A DNA stretch of 63,258 bases, filler included, from Sphaeroforma arctica JP610 (taxonomy: Eukaryota), in the NCBI RefSeq assembly GCF_001186125.1. It is 6 parts of one record of this genome, joined end to end, with 100 filler letters (N's around TTAATTAATTAA, not from the genome) between each part and the next. Parts side by side here need not be neighbours in the genome. Positions count along the whole stretch, not along the records: positions 6,024 to 16,534 come from NW_014040546.1; positions 16,635 to 41,944 come from NW_014040546.1; 4 more parts are not named here. The stretch is one strand, 5' to 3'. Below the pieces are notes generated by a model, which was given only the letters and a program-made list of their open reading frames with translations, was not told the origin of the DNA and searched no databases. Shown here piece after piece: positions 13,807 to 24,619 of the stretch. The translations under genes and the position numbers were made by a program. Position 1 is the first letter of the stretch, and each line of letters starts with the position of its first letter.

Positions 13807-14800
13807 TGTTAGACTGTCAATTATAAGAGCTTAGAATAAGTGCTCTCTTGTGGTGCCTGCTCAAGACATTTATACTAAGAATCATTTTTGCCATGACTAA
13901 TTCATGAACAGGGGGAAAAACCGTATTTAGGAAAAACCCATTTACATTTTATGTTGTAGTTTATGTTGTCCAATACAAGCTCCGTATGGTTTTACTACGC
14001 TTATATTGGACCTTCATTGGTGACCCGGTAATACTCCCCCCCCAATTTTTCAAAGTTGTATCTGCTTCAACTTGGTTGTACAAGTTTTTGTTCTCTTGGA
14101 AACTCATCTCGAATCTGTGATATGGAATATCTGAGATAAACTTGGAAAATTGTACAATTTTTAGGTTTTATGAAAAGAAATATACGTCATCTGACTTTAT
14201 CATTTTGAGAAATTGAGTATTTGAAATGTACTCTGAGTCAGAAAAAAGAGTATTTATGGAGTTAATTTTTAGAGTTTCAGGATTAGAGTGTAGACCTTAG
14301 AGTTAGATTCATACTCTTGTTGTTGGAAAATGGAGCTTGAATAAATTTCAAATTTGTAAGAAGTGAGACACTGTGACAGACAGACTGTCTAATATCAAGG
14401 TCAATGTTAGTGTGACGGTGAGTGTGATTCAAATTGTAAAACGTAAACACGTTTTCAAATTAAAGCTTATACGAATATCATTCCATGTTGTTTGCAAATA
14501 TCAGGGGTTGAGGCTTAAAGCCTGGGCGTTCTTCCTGTTGAAAAAATTGAGTAAAGTAGCGGACCTGATACGCTGTTAGACTGTCAATTATAAGAGCTTA
14601 GAATACGTGCTTTATTGTGGTGCCTGCTCAAGGCATTTATACTACGAATTATTTCGGTCATGACTAATTCATGAACAGGGGTAAAACCCTTATTTAGGAA
14701 AAACCCATCTACATTTTATGGTGTAGTTTATGATGTCCAATACAAGCTCCGTTTGGTTTTACTACGCTTATATTGGACCTTCATTGGTTACCCGATAATA
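13807..14800 (-). mobile_element. TRIM-like non-autonomous LTR element (two 227-bp direct repeats flanking a 540-bp non-coding interior)
   Basis: Direct repeats 13807-14033 and 14574-14800 (TGTTAGACTGTC...TAATA); purine tract GGGGGGGGAG on minus strand at 14034-14043 directly abutting the left repeat; possible GTGT target duplication at 13804-13807 and 14801-14804. Confidence 0.7.
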
Positions 14801-15442
14801 GTGTAAACAGTAATCACTGAGGATGAGTGATGAATAAAGAGTGGAGCACTGGATAAGAGTGTATTTATAAAGCCGGACTCCGAGTAGTAGTAGGGCAAAG
14901 TAATAACAAAGAAGATATTTCGTTTAAAAAAACAAGGAAGAGTGTCATTAGCCCTGCTATTCTATTAGATCATATTTAAAATACATATCCTCTATGTACT
15001 GTATTGTTTGAGTTTTGAAAAGAATGTCAAATGAGACGATGACTCGTACTCGAACTTCGGATTCTTTTGAGTTTGGGTCCTGAATACTGATATCAGTCGT
15101 TTGGCACGATAACTCACGACTCACGACTACGATCGCTAATTATCGTCGTCATTTTTCCTTCGATGACCCTGTTAACTATTTAAGTATTTGTAAATTCAAA
15201 AAACTCTCCGTCATACGTTTGTGTCTATAGTCTATGCGGCGTCGGCAGTCGGCATTCGACACCCCGCAGTCCCGCACCCCCGTGTGACTATCTGACTATC
15301 CAGTCCACACTCCACGAGTCCACACCTAAAGACCCATTACTCTTAAAAGCCTAAATACCATATGACTAAAAACTATGACTAACCAGTAACAACCTTATGA
15401 CTTAAATTATGACTAAACTCCCTTATGTCTAAAATTTATGAC

Positions 15443-15600
15443 TAAGGCCCGTTCCACCATCAAATATTCGAGACTAAATATTCCTCGAATTTCGACTTTT
15501 AAAATATATATTTGGCTCGATTCGAGGTTCCCAAAAATTGGTTCCACCATCTATTACAGAATCGATTCTCGAATCTCGACAAATCCCGCCCAAATAAAAC
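15443..15600 (+). mobile_element. Possible PIF/Harbinger-type terminal inverted repeat end
   Basis: TAA followed by GGCCCGTTCCACCATC at 15446, with GTTCCACCATC repeated at 15541; no partner TIR seen nearby. Confidence 0.3.
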
Positions 15601-15964
15601 ATAAAAATTGCGCGGGCTTATATAGATAACACAAACATGATATTTTACATAAAAGTTTGTAGTATGTGTCGGTTACACAGTTATTGTTTCTTGTATGTAG
15701 CTGCAATTTGCAGCAGCTCGGTGACGTACAAACAATCTTTAACGTTTAGCAATGGTCTCTCTAGTATATTATCTTCAGCATGGATCGATTACACTTCCTT
15801 TTGTGGTGCCGCACACAAGATGTTCACCATTGGCAACCTGCCAAGCATCAGAGATGTTTGGTCAACAGACTTTCTGTCGCGTTCGCTTCGACATTAACAG
15901 TTGTGCACAATCTTCTTGATAACATACACCAGCGTCTTCACATACCGGTACCCCCAAGCCTAGG

Positions 15965-16400
15965 TCACACCAAAAATGATGGATTTACTTTGTACACAGA
16001 TGGAGGGCCAATACATACCCCGATGGTGTGCTCCCACGGGTATTTTCCACAAGCCTGTGAACCGTGCTTCAAGAATGTATGAGCCGTAAGTGGTATAAGT
16101 AGCGGGTCTGCTTGCATCATCGATAGAAGTAAAGGGAACCATGGCGCACGTGTGCTCAACGGTAAACATATTGTTGCCGATGCCTTGTCCTTCAACACAT
16201 TATGCAACACCTTCTGTATAAGACGCCACGATGGGTTCATCCGTGCGTTGTATTCACTCCAGTCAAACTTAAACGCCCCGCCATCTTTGCCGTACGACCA
16301 GTATTGGCGAAGCTGAACGTTATGACTCGAGGCAAAAGCGTCGACGTCGTTTGGTCCAAAGTGCTTCTGGATCAAACAACTTCCACCCTGACATATAGAA
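15965..16400 (-). pseudogene. Divergent DIRS/Dam-type DNA N6-adenine methyltransferase domain (third copy)
   Basis: FGPNDVDAFASSHNVQLRQY...AFKFDWSEYNARMNPSW...ATICLPLSTRAPWFPLL...TFL...PWEHTI aligns by eye with the MTase domains at 18.7-19.1 kb and 24.2-24.6 kb; motif IV reads NPSW at 16226-16237. Confidence 0.75.
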
Positions 16401-16454
16401 CACCGCGGGGTAGTTGATATTCGCCGCACCTTTATGAACACGACTCCACCACAT

Positions 16455-16533
16455 GACCGCTTTGCATTAATGAAAGACATTGAAAGGCACACACAAACTA
16501 CCCACTTACACTTAGCAGATGACAAAACTTATA
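16455..16533 (+). mobile_element. Fragment of another element-B-family protease region in opposite orientation
   Basis: DRFALMKDIERHTQTTHLHLADDKTY, near-identical reverse complement of about 25288-25366; ends at an assembly gap. Confidence 0.8.
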
Positions 16534-17189
16534 ANNNNNNNNNNNNNNNNNNNNNNNNNNNNNNNNNNNNNNNNNNNNTTAATTAATTAANNNNNNNNNN
16601 NNNNNNNNNNNNNNNNNNNNNNNNNNNNNNNNNNTAGTAGAATCCCCCAAAGATTTGTGGGCTAGCGGCATAGCGCCAGATGCGGTCGAGAATCCGTAGC
16701 AAGCCTTCCGCTGGACCATGCAAGGTGAGATACGACCGTAGTAGGTTCTGAGGCACCCGGATTTCGGCTTGGAATAGTCGTGCGCGGGATTTGTTGCGTA
16801 AGTGATAAAGTCGATGGCGATATCGGTTATATCCATGAGAGGGAAGGTGTTGGTCCGGAGGCGGCGGCATTGTTGGCATTTGTTGGAGTCGATGGATGTG
16901 TTCCGTTGGAAGTACCTGGAGATCAAGCCCAAAGGTGTGGTCACCATAGATGCTGTAGTCCGTCAGCTTATAGGTCTGGAGAAGTTGAGCCGCCAGCATA
17001 GAGATAATCCAAGTGCCACGTGTTATGTAGGGTAGTTTCGATTGTGTTCATACGTAGTCCGTGAATTGTGGATGCGTGGCCATACTTACGGGCTTTAAAG
17101 TTAATGTCGCCCCAAACGACGTCTGGTTGGAAATTGCCAATCTCGGGAGGATTCATGTATCTCCGGACGTCTTCGTCGGTGAGTGCGTG

Positions 17190-18310
17190 GTACAGTAAGT
17201 GATATCCTCATGTTTGTACTTACCAAGAATTTTCTTAAACTCATAAGACATAAGAGGTGCAGTAGCTTTACGTGTGCGACGAAGGATGATTTCAGTCGTT
17301 GGTATTCGATGTGATCCAATATTAAGAGCACTTGGACCGTCAAATTGTTAACTTCGTAAGTTCCACTCTTCTTATCGGCCACTGAAATCTTGAATGGCTC
17401 AATGTATTTAGCCGTAAGCACAGTTGTATCGGAGTTGCGAGCCATTATGTTGACTATACCGCCTACCTCAAACTCGACTATCTTTTTCGATTCATTCCAT
17501 CGCTTTTGTCTCTTCTTGAGCGCGATGTCCTTCATCTCTTTCAAACAAGGAAAGACGACGTCTCTGGTACGACGCATCTTCTCTAACCATAGTAACACAT
17601 GATCTTCTTGAGAATCCTTGTTGAAAGGTATTTGTAATCCACTATAACGGCCCCTGAAATAGTGGGCGGGTGCTGTACCGGTGACTGAATCCGATGTCTC
17701 GTTCATTTGTGTCTATACCCAGTTAATTGAGTATGGCCACAAGTCAGCATCGTCTAGCAACGCTCCACGCATGAACTCCTTCATCTTTCTGTGTCGCACC
17801 TCATTCGCACCTTGTGTCGGAGGCTTATAAGGTACACCCATTTTGTGGAATGATCCCGCAACGAGTAACAGCGTCGTCATGACGTCTCCTGTAAACTCAC
17901 TACCGTTGTCAGTACATACTATAGTTGGCCAACCGAAATCTGCGAAACACTTATAAATGCACTCAGCCACCGTTTGTGTTGATTTGTCTTTCAGAGGATA
18001 TAGTACATTATATCTTGAAGCGACATCAAAAACGTGACAGACATACTTATCTTTCGTGTGATCGGACGTGGGTAGCTCAACCAAATCAATGATAACCCTG
18101 CGCCATGGCTCGCCTTCTGATACACTCCGCAATGGGGCATATCCATAGCGCTTGATCCGGTTAACTTCGTAGTCGTTGCGTTCGTGATACACCTGAGATA
18201 TATATTGCTTAAACTTTGGTTGTACAATCCCGTACTTCTTGCAATCTTTCTCAGTCCTACCCTTATTCATGTGTTTAAGTGTATGATTCTGCCTTAACCA
18301 CTTCAGAATG
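17190..18310 (-). pseudogene. Element A DDE integrase with GPY/F-like motif and start of a chromodomain-like segment
   Basis: HTLKH zinc-binding remnant, PWRRVIIDLVELP, DVASRY, TDNGSEF, PPTQGANEVRHR, KYIEPFKI, then YEFKKILGKYKHEDITY in a shifted frame. Confidence 0.88.
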
Positions 18311-18726
18311 TCACCCTCCGTTGACCTTGCTATCTCAAAATCTGGAGGTGAGGAGTCCACTATTACATCACCTGGACTCGAAGACTCGTCTCGTCCAAAC
18401 TCGCATGAAAGGTCGGCCGTGTGAATTCTGCTAATATTCTCTTGGTCTATTAGTTGGGTTACATGGTCGTATACATCTGGATAATCGTTCATCAACTGTT
18501 TGAGTAGCCTGGTCTCGGCCTCGTATGCAGTTTCTCTGTCAGAACGTATCTTTTTGTAAAATGCCTTCGCTAGTTATGAGTTCCTCTTTGCATCCTTAGG
18601 ATCAGATTGTACCTCGGTAGCGCACACTGCAGGTGCGTGTGTCGCCCCAGCCTTTCTATGAGACTTAGGTGTCAAGAGTGGAATCTTGGATTCGTCGACC
18701 TTACGTTTGAAGGTCTCGGATGGTGT

Positions 18727-19149
18727 CTATTTGGTTGCACCAACTGAACCTATTCGACATATTATTGTATGTCGCCAAGAAGTCTTCTGGACTACACGGA
18801 TACCCTGGTAGAGAAAAGTATCTACCTCTCTATCCACATATATGGGCTCACATTGTATCATTGATATCAACTGTGGTAGCCATTTATCTGAATGTCTTAG
18901 GGAACAACACAACATGATGGTAGCATCTTGTATATGAACATAATTTAGCAACCGTGGTATTAACAACCACGGTAGATTCGCCCATGCGTTCTCATCGGAT
19001 AAATCGATTTGAAACCCATCACCGTCTGGATGTTCCAGAGTCCGGTATCGCGGCAGTTGCGCATTATGGTGTGCTGCAAACATATCAATGGTGTGTGGTC
19101 CATGTATGTTGTCTGCAATTTCAAACCACCTAGGATTGGCCTTCCAATC
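18727..19149 (-). CDS. Element A DNA N6-adenine methyltransferase domain (DIRS/Dam-like) fused in Pol
   Basis: DWKANPRWF...GPHTIDMFAAHHNAQLPRY...DGFQIDLSDENAWANLPW...WLPQL; in frame directly after RNase H (LPDMLSR); motif IV degenerate NLPW at 18967-18978. Confidence 0.85.
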   Translation of the reverse strand, partial: DWKANPRWFEIADNIHGPHTIDMFAAHHNAQLPRYRTLEHPDGDGFQIDLSDENAWANLPWLLIPRLLNYVHIQDATIMLCCSLRHSDKWLPQLISMIQCEPIYVDREVDTFLYQGIRVVQKTSWRHTIICRIGSVGATK

Positions 19150-19189
19150 CGTAGCTAGCAATTCCCTAACCATCTTGTTAAAATTCGGT

Positions 19190-19600
19190 ACGAAGCGTGA
19201 CAGCATATCCGGCAAATTTTTACCCGGTATATATGTTATGCTAAAAGAAATCTTTGCGATCGTATCGTGCCATCGACTGACCAATTGTGAATTTGGTTTC
19301 ATGTCTTTTAAATGTTGCAACGATTTCTGATCACACAGTACATTCAAATGTGTACCGTAAAGGTAGTCCTTAAAATGAGTGAGTGCGGTCACAATAGCTA
19401 GTAGCTCTGGCTGCACAGTCGGATAATTGATTTGTGACGAGTTCATAGCTCTGCTAAAGAACTGCACGTATCTCTATTTCCCGTCAATCATTTGATACAG
19501 TACACCTCCCAACGCCATGTCGGATGCGTCTGTAGCCACCATGAAGGGTACTCCATCTTTTGGTGGCTGGACTACTGGAGCTTGTTGAACCACGGTTTTG
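19190..19600 (-). pseudogene. Element A RT connection and Ty3/gypsy RNase H
   Basis: QAPVVQPP...FMVATDASDMALGGVLYQ...FFSRAMNSSQINYPTVQPELLAIV...CDQKSL...SRWHDTI...YIPGKNLPDMLSR. Confidence 0.9.
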
Positions 19601-19929
19601 AGCTGCTTCTTGACTTGTTCTCGTACCACCTGTTCATGACGCCACGCTACGTAATTTCGCGTTGGACATTTCAACTTCGAACAGTCTACTTTAGTCAAAT
19701 CTAAGCTCACGTATCCGTTGTTGAATTTAAACTGAGCCCAGTCGGTGATCTTTATCCTGTTGTTCTCAAAGATAAGATCCTTTAGCTTCTCTGTGAATTG
19801 GGGTATCATTTCCTTCACAGTCTTAGAAGGCTTATATACAGGCTTCAGCAAATTGTCAACTGACTGATCCTTCTGTGGGTCAATGTTAGTAGGCAAACGG
19901 GTAATTGTTATACCTGACAATAACAGATC

Positions 19930-20256
19930 TTCCATCCCCACTATTAAATCGTAATCTGGCGAAGTGTTACAGACTACTGCCTTAGTCACTGTGGTCCGTT
20001 GATCTGTTAGGTTAAACCTCAAATCTACGGCCATGTCACGACACGTAATCTCCCTTTCGTCAGCCAATTTTAACATATTAGGTTCTGATTTACGAGTTAC
20101 ATCAGTTATCTTACAGAATCTCGATGATAGACATGCAATTTGCGAGCCCGGATTCAACAACGCTTTCATTTCATGCCCATTAACTCGTACATCCAGGATG
20201 ACGCGTTCATCTTGCGCTGCATCCTTTTGTTTCAGTGCCAAGATCCGGTAAGATTG
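19930..20256 (-). pseudogene. Element A aspartic protease
   Basis: VRVNGHEMKALLNPGSQIACLS...LKLADE...DLIVGMEDL; the catalytic Asp reads Asn. Confidence 0.75.
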
Positions 20257-21671
20257 TCATTTAACTTCCACTTTCGGTTGCACCTTACATACGTGTTTGT
20301 GGTAACCTCCAGTCCCTTCACAGTCTGCACACTTCGCGATAAAATGGTTACATTTTTCTGCGTGCCTGCCATTCCAGCGTCCATTCGGCTCATGCTGGGT
20401 CATGCGCCAGCTGCAATCTGTCTCAGCACAGTCCTTGGTCTCCTTATACTTAGGTTTAGGAGGATCAGCTGCCTGATTAGATCTATTGCCCAGGGCCCCG
20501 CGAGTGTTGACATTGTTCTTTTGACCATCAGTACCTTGCATTTGCTTGTTCTTATGGCCTCCTCTGTCACCACCTTTGTTCACTTTGTTATTTCCCGTAC
20601 CCTTTTGAGAGTCTCGACCGTTACCTGGTTCTCCATTCGTGTTGGGCACCGTCTTCTCAGCACAGTCCTTGGTCTCCTTATACTTAGGTTTAGGAGGATC
20701 AGCTGCCTGATTAGATCTATTGCCCAAGGCCCCGCGAGTGTTGACATTGTTCTTTTGACCATCAGTACCTTGCATTTGCTTGTTCTTATGGCCTCCTCTG
20801 TCACCACCTTTGTTCACTTTGTTATTTCCCGTACCCGTATGAGAGTCTCGACCGTTACCTGGTTCTCCATTCGTGTTGGGCACCGTCTTCTTAGTAGACG
20901 GTGTGAATTTCACCACAGAACTCGGACGTTTCGAAAACGTCTGGTCTGCTCTCGAATAAAATCCAGTCCAAGTCAAGTCGGCGAGTTTCATGATGCCGTA
21001 AGTTGGCCCTTCAATTGAAATCTTACGTACTTTATCTGGAAAAGATTGGTGCATATCTGCGTACAACACTTATTGGTCTTTCCTATGTAGAGCCGACCAG
21101 AAAATAGTTTGTACTCATAGCACACACATACTCAACTTGTCTCGCGACATTTCTTGTGTTTGAGCACGTGTTATGTGAGTGTCCAATTCTAGAAGATAAT
21201 GTGACACAGGTGTTCCTTCGTCCGGTGGTACCATTATCGATAACAATAGTTCCCGCCTGGGATCGGTTGAGAATAGATGGACTATCATCTCGCTCTGCTC
21301 CTTCCACGTCTTTAGCTTTGTTATAGCAGTTTTAACCTTCTCCAACTTATTATACCTATAAGATAACGGCTTAAAACTCTGTTGCGCAGCCTCGAACCAT
21401 AGGTTCTTACGTAAATTTGCAGTGAGCATAATTTGACCAAATTCTTTTAAAGATCGCGACAATAATGCTAAGTTACTCGTATCGATAGGGTCCTTACGGT
21501 CTTTTCGATCTGAACGATATGTAGTGGGTAACTTACCTATGTCCTTGACGAACTTCTTACTGTCCACTGACTTCTCGGCGCGTATTATGCGTAGCTCCGT
21601 ATCAATCTTGGATTGAAAGTGCCTCGCCATTGTCATTCTCAAACCGACTTCTTTCCTTGATCCACTGCTAG
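20257..21671 (-). pseudogene. Element A gag (3' part) with 234-bp in-frame tandem duplication and C-terminal Cys/His fingers
   Basis: ORFs 21115-21642 and 20257-21069; duplicated units 20421-20654 and 20655-20888; position upstream of the protease. Confidence 0.75.
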
Positions 21672-22438
21672 TGTAAGTTTCGGTCTATCAAGGCAATATT
21701 AACACCATAGAGTAAATAAACGCTTAGGTTAAGTCTAAGTATATCAAAATTTAAAAGTAAATAAACGAAATGAGTCTTTTAGTAAAGTTAGGTATGCCTC
21801 GTGAAAACAGCAATACTCTGAGGGATTGTGAGGCTGAGACATTGCCTATATATAATCCTCTCAGTACTGTTTTCACCGAAGGGATTTTATTTAGTGTTTC
21901 ATTGTTGCTTTAATAGAAACTATGGTATGTTTCGTTGTTGCTTTAATAGAAACTATGGTATGTTTCGTTGGGGCGAATCCGAGAGACTCATAAAATTCTA
22001 TCTTTAGAAAAAAAGAAGAAAAAAAGGAAGAAAAAACTCTTGGATGTCCATAGTTAGTGCATTAACCAATAACTTGCCACTTACAAGAATTACTGACTTA
22101 GCCTTCATCAGACTGGCACATCTGGTTGGCTGAACGGAGGATAAACTAAGCAACGCTAATAGTCCTTAGAAACCTATGTTCGGTTGAGCCATCTCGCTAC
22201 CGAAGTATTCAGATATAAATAGATTTGGAAGGTTAAGATAGTTCTATTAATAGAACTAGACCAAATATTATATTTGGTATTTTACTGGGGCCTTTTAATG
22301 GCCTTGTCCAAATATCTGATATGTAAAATGGAAAAGGTATTTCATTAATAAAAACCGTTAAATCCTACTTAAGAGTATACGTACTTTTAAGAGTACGTTT
22401 ATATTACAAGATTCTAATGTGGAGGCCCGGCTTTTACA
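21672..22438 (-). repeat. 3' LTR of element B
   Basis: TGTAA...TTACA termini; colinear, highly similar copy at about 27859-28624; left boundary less certain than right. Confidence 0.85.
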
Positions 22439-22450
22439 CAGCCCCCACCC
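22439..22450 (-). other. Polypurine tract of element B
   Basis: Minus-strand GGGTGGGGGCTG immediately precedes the LTR start TGTAAAAG; absent next to the other LTR. Confidence 0.75.
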
Positions 22451-22740
22451 AGTTTTGAGACCCAGGAGAAGCAAGTTGCTCACTCAAGCTGATTATGGGT
22501 AGCAATAAAAAAGGAAAACGGGTCGAAAACATTAAGTAGCATAACGTATAGTTAATGTTTCTCAGGCGGAGAAGTTAAGCGTTCTCGGTTACCCTGTGAG
22601 TTTTGCAGTAGGTCCGTGGTGGGCGACTGGACGTTTCTTACGCTTCAATGTTTTGGAAACATACGAAGGATGAGCAGTAAAGCCCGGGATAAACGCTGTT
22701 GGCGGGTAAGTGTTAACTTCCGTGCCTTCAGTCGATCTAG

Positions 22741-23720
22741 GTCTTCTATGACGCGTTTCATTCGCGCCTTGTGTTTGCGGTTTATATGGTACACCCCTTT
22801 TATGGCACATGCCTGATACGAGTACTAACGATTCCTTTATGTCATCGCAGAACTCGCTACCGTTATCAGTACACATTATACCTAACCTCCCGTGGTCAGC
22901 AAAGACTTGGCAACATAATTCTGCCACGGTCTGTGTACTCTTGTCCTTTAACGGATAGAGCAAGGTATACCGTGACGCCACATCAAAGAAGTGGCATACG
23001 TAACGGAAAACGTTGTACCTTCTCTAACAATGGTAACTCATAGTGATTAGGTTCGTCCTTGTTAAAAGGTATTTGTAACTCTCTATATCTGTCACGAAAA
23101 TAGTGAGCGGGTGTTGTACCTATAACCGGATCAGCACACTCGTTCACATGTGTTTGAAGGTGGTACGGCCAATCATCTGCATCATCCGTTAATGCAGTAC
23201 GTAAGAAGAACTTAAGTCTTCTATGACGCGTTTCATTCGCGCCTTGTGTTTGCGGTTTATATGGTATACCCCTTTTATGGCACATGCCTGATACGAGTAC
23301 TAACGATTCCTTTATGTCATCGCAGAACTCGCCACCGTTATCAGTATACATTATACCTAACCACCTATGGTCGGCAAAGACTTGGCAACATAATTCTGCC
23401 ACGGTCTGTGTACTCTTGTCCTTTAACGAATAGAGCAAGGTATTCCGTGACACCACATCAAAGAAGTGGCATACGTAACGGTCGCCTGTGTGCTCGGACG
23501 TAGGCAGGTCAACCAGATCAATTATGACCCTGCGCCATGGAACATCTTCAGTCACACTCTTAAGCGGTGCGAACCCATAGCGCTTAATCTGGTTGAGATC
23601 ACTGATATACTCTGTCAACTAAAGTTGCCAGCTTAGGGTGCGCGATCCCATTTCGTTTAGCATCTTTAAGTGCGTCTACTACGTTCTGGTGCTTCAGCTT
23701 ATGGTATTGCGTCAGCCAAG
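22741..23720 (-). pseudogene. Element B DDE integrase with 266-bp internal duplication and deleted C-terminus
   Basis: PWRRVIIDLVDLP, TDNGGEF, PQTQGANETRHR; 22741-23006 duplicates 23216-23481. Confidence 0.88.
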
Positions 23721-24149
23721 CAAGAATGTTTTCCTCATTCTGCTCTTCCAGAATATAGGTAGGGTGTTGAGAATCCACTTGCGTGGTCTCTAAGTCTGTA
23801 GTGTTTCCAACTCCTGTCCTTCTTTTACATGAGTTTCATAAGTGCGCTCGTGTGCATTTGATACACCTGACTTATTTAATAGTCGCATTATATGTGTATA
23901 TGCTTCAGGATTATCTTTCATCAATCCCTTTAAAAATAGGGGTTGAAAGACTTCGGGCTTGAACTTTATGTTAATAAGCAGAGTCCTAGCTAGAGACTGA
24001 GGCTTCTTAACTGTAGTGTCATTAGTAGATTGTATTTCTTGTGCATAGACTTCAAGTGCTGTGTTGCCTTTGAACTGCTTAACGTTCAATTTAGTAGAGA
24101 GTGGAATCTCTGATTCTTTGACCTTGTTTAGGAAGGTCTCGGAAGGGGT

Positions 24150-24572
24150 CCATTTGGTTGTTTCAATGGGACCTATACAACATATTTTAGCATGTCACCA
24201 GGGCGTCTTCTGGACGGCTCGGGTACCCTGATATAGGAAAGTGTCTACTTCCCTATCTAAATATATTGGCTCGCATTGTATCATGCTTATTAATGTATTG
24301 AGCCATGGATCTTTACTCCGTAATGGGCAACACAACGTGATGGTAGCTTTGTGCATATGAACATAATTTAGTAATTGGGCAATAAACTGCCAAGGTGGAT
24401 TGGCCCACGCATTATGTTCGGAGAGGTCTAGTTAAAAGGCATCTCCTAAAGGATGATTTAAAGTCCTGTAATTATTAAGTCGTGCATTATGATGTGCAGC
24501 AAACATGTCAATTGTATGTGGCCCAAATATCTTTTGAGCCAATTCAAACCACCTGGGGTTTCATTTTCAATC
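24150..24572 (-). pseudogene. Element B DNA N6-adenine methyltransferase domain with intact NPPW motif
   Basis: Manual translation: D*K*NPRWFELAQKIFGPHTIDMFAAHHNARLNNY...DAF*LDLSEHNAWANPPWQFIAQLL...CCPLRSKDPWL; NPPW at 24390-24401; internal stops hide it from the ORF track. Confidence 0.88.
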
Positions 24573-24619
24573 AGTGGCTAGTAACTCACGTACGGTTTTA
24601 TTAAAGTCCGGTACAAAGC

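Larger units (their letters stand above)
17101..21671 (-). mobile_element. Ty3/gypsy-type LTR retrotransposon A, 3' part: gag-PR-(RT deleted)-RNaseH-MTase-integrase; decayed
   Basis: Domain order read from ORFs 21115-21642, 20257-21069, 19474-20241, 18727-19467, 17713-18495, 17101-17706; several stops and frameshifts; 3' LTR not seen. Confidence 0.9.

Noticed and set aside
15965..16525. 186-aa ORF as a single intact methyltransferase gene
   Set aside because: Its first ~24 codons are the antisense of a protease fragment (16455-16533) ending at a gap at essentially the same position as the element B protease; the ORF is chimeric and possibly an assembly effect.
20140..21018. 292-aa plus-strand ORF (likewise 35432-35866 minus and 50467-51075 plus)
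   Set aside because: Antisense shadows of gag, the acidic protein and a kinesin exon plus intronic repeats.
21658..21671. Minus-strand TAGCAGTGGAT as an initiator-Met PBS for element A
   Set aside because: Lacks the TGG matching the tRNA CCA and lies within the open gag frame; more simply explained as interrupted coding sequence.
22322..22438. Short 117-bp LTR model (TGTAAAA...TTTTACA)
   Set aside because: Similarity between the two copies continues about 650 bp further to about 21672 and 27859, then stops abruptly, which fits a ~767-bp LTR better; not fully excluded.
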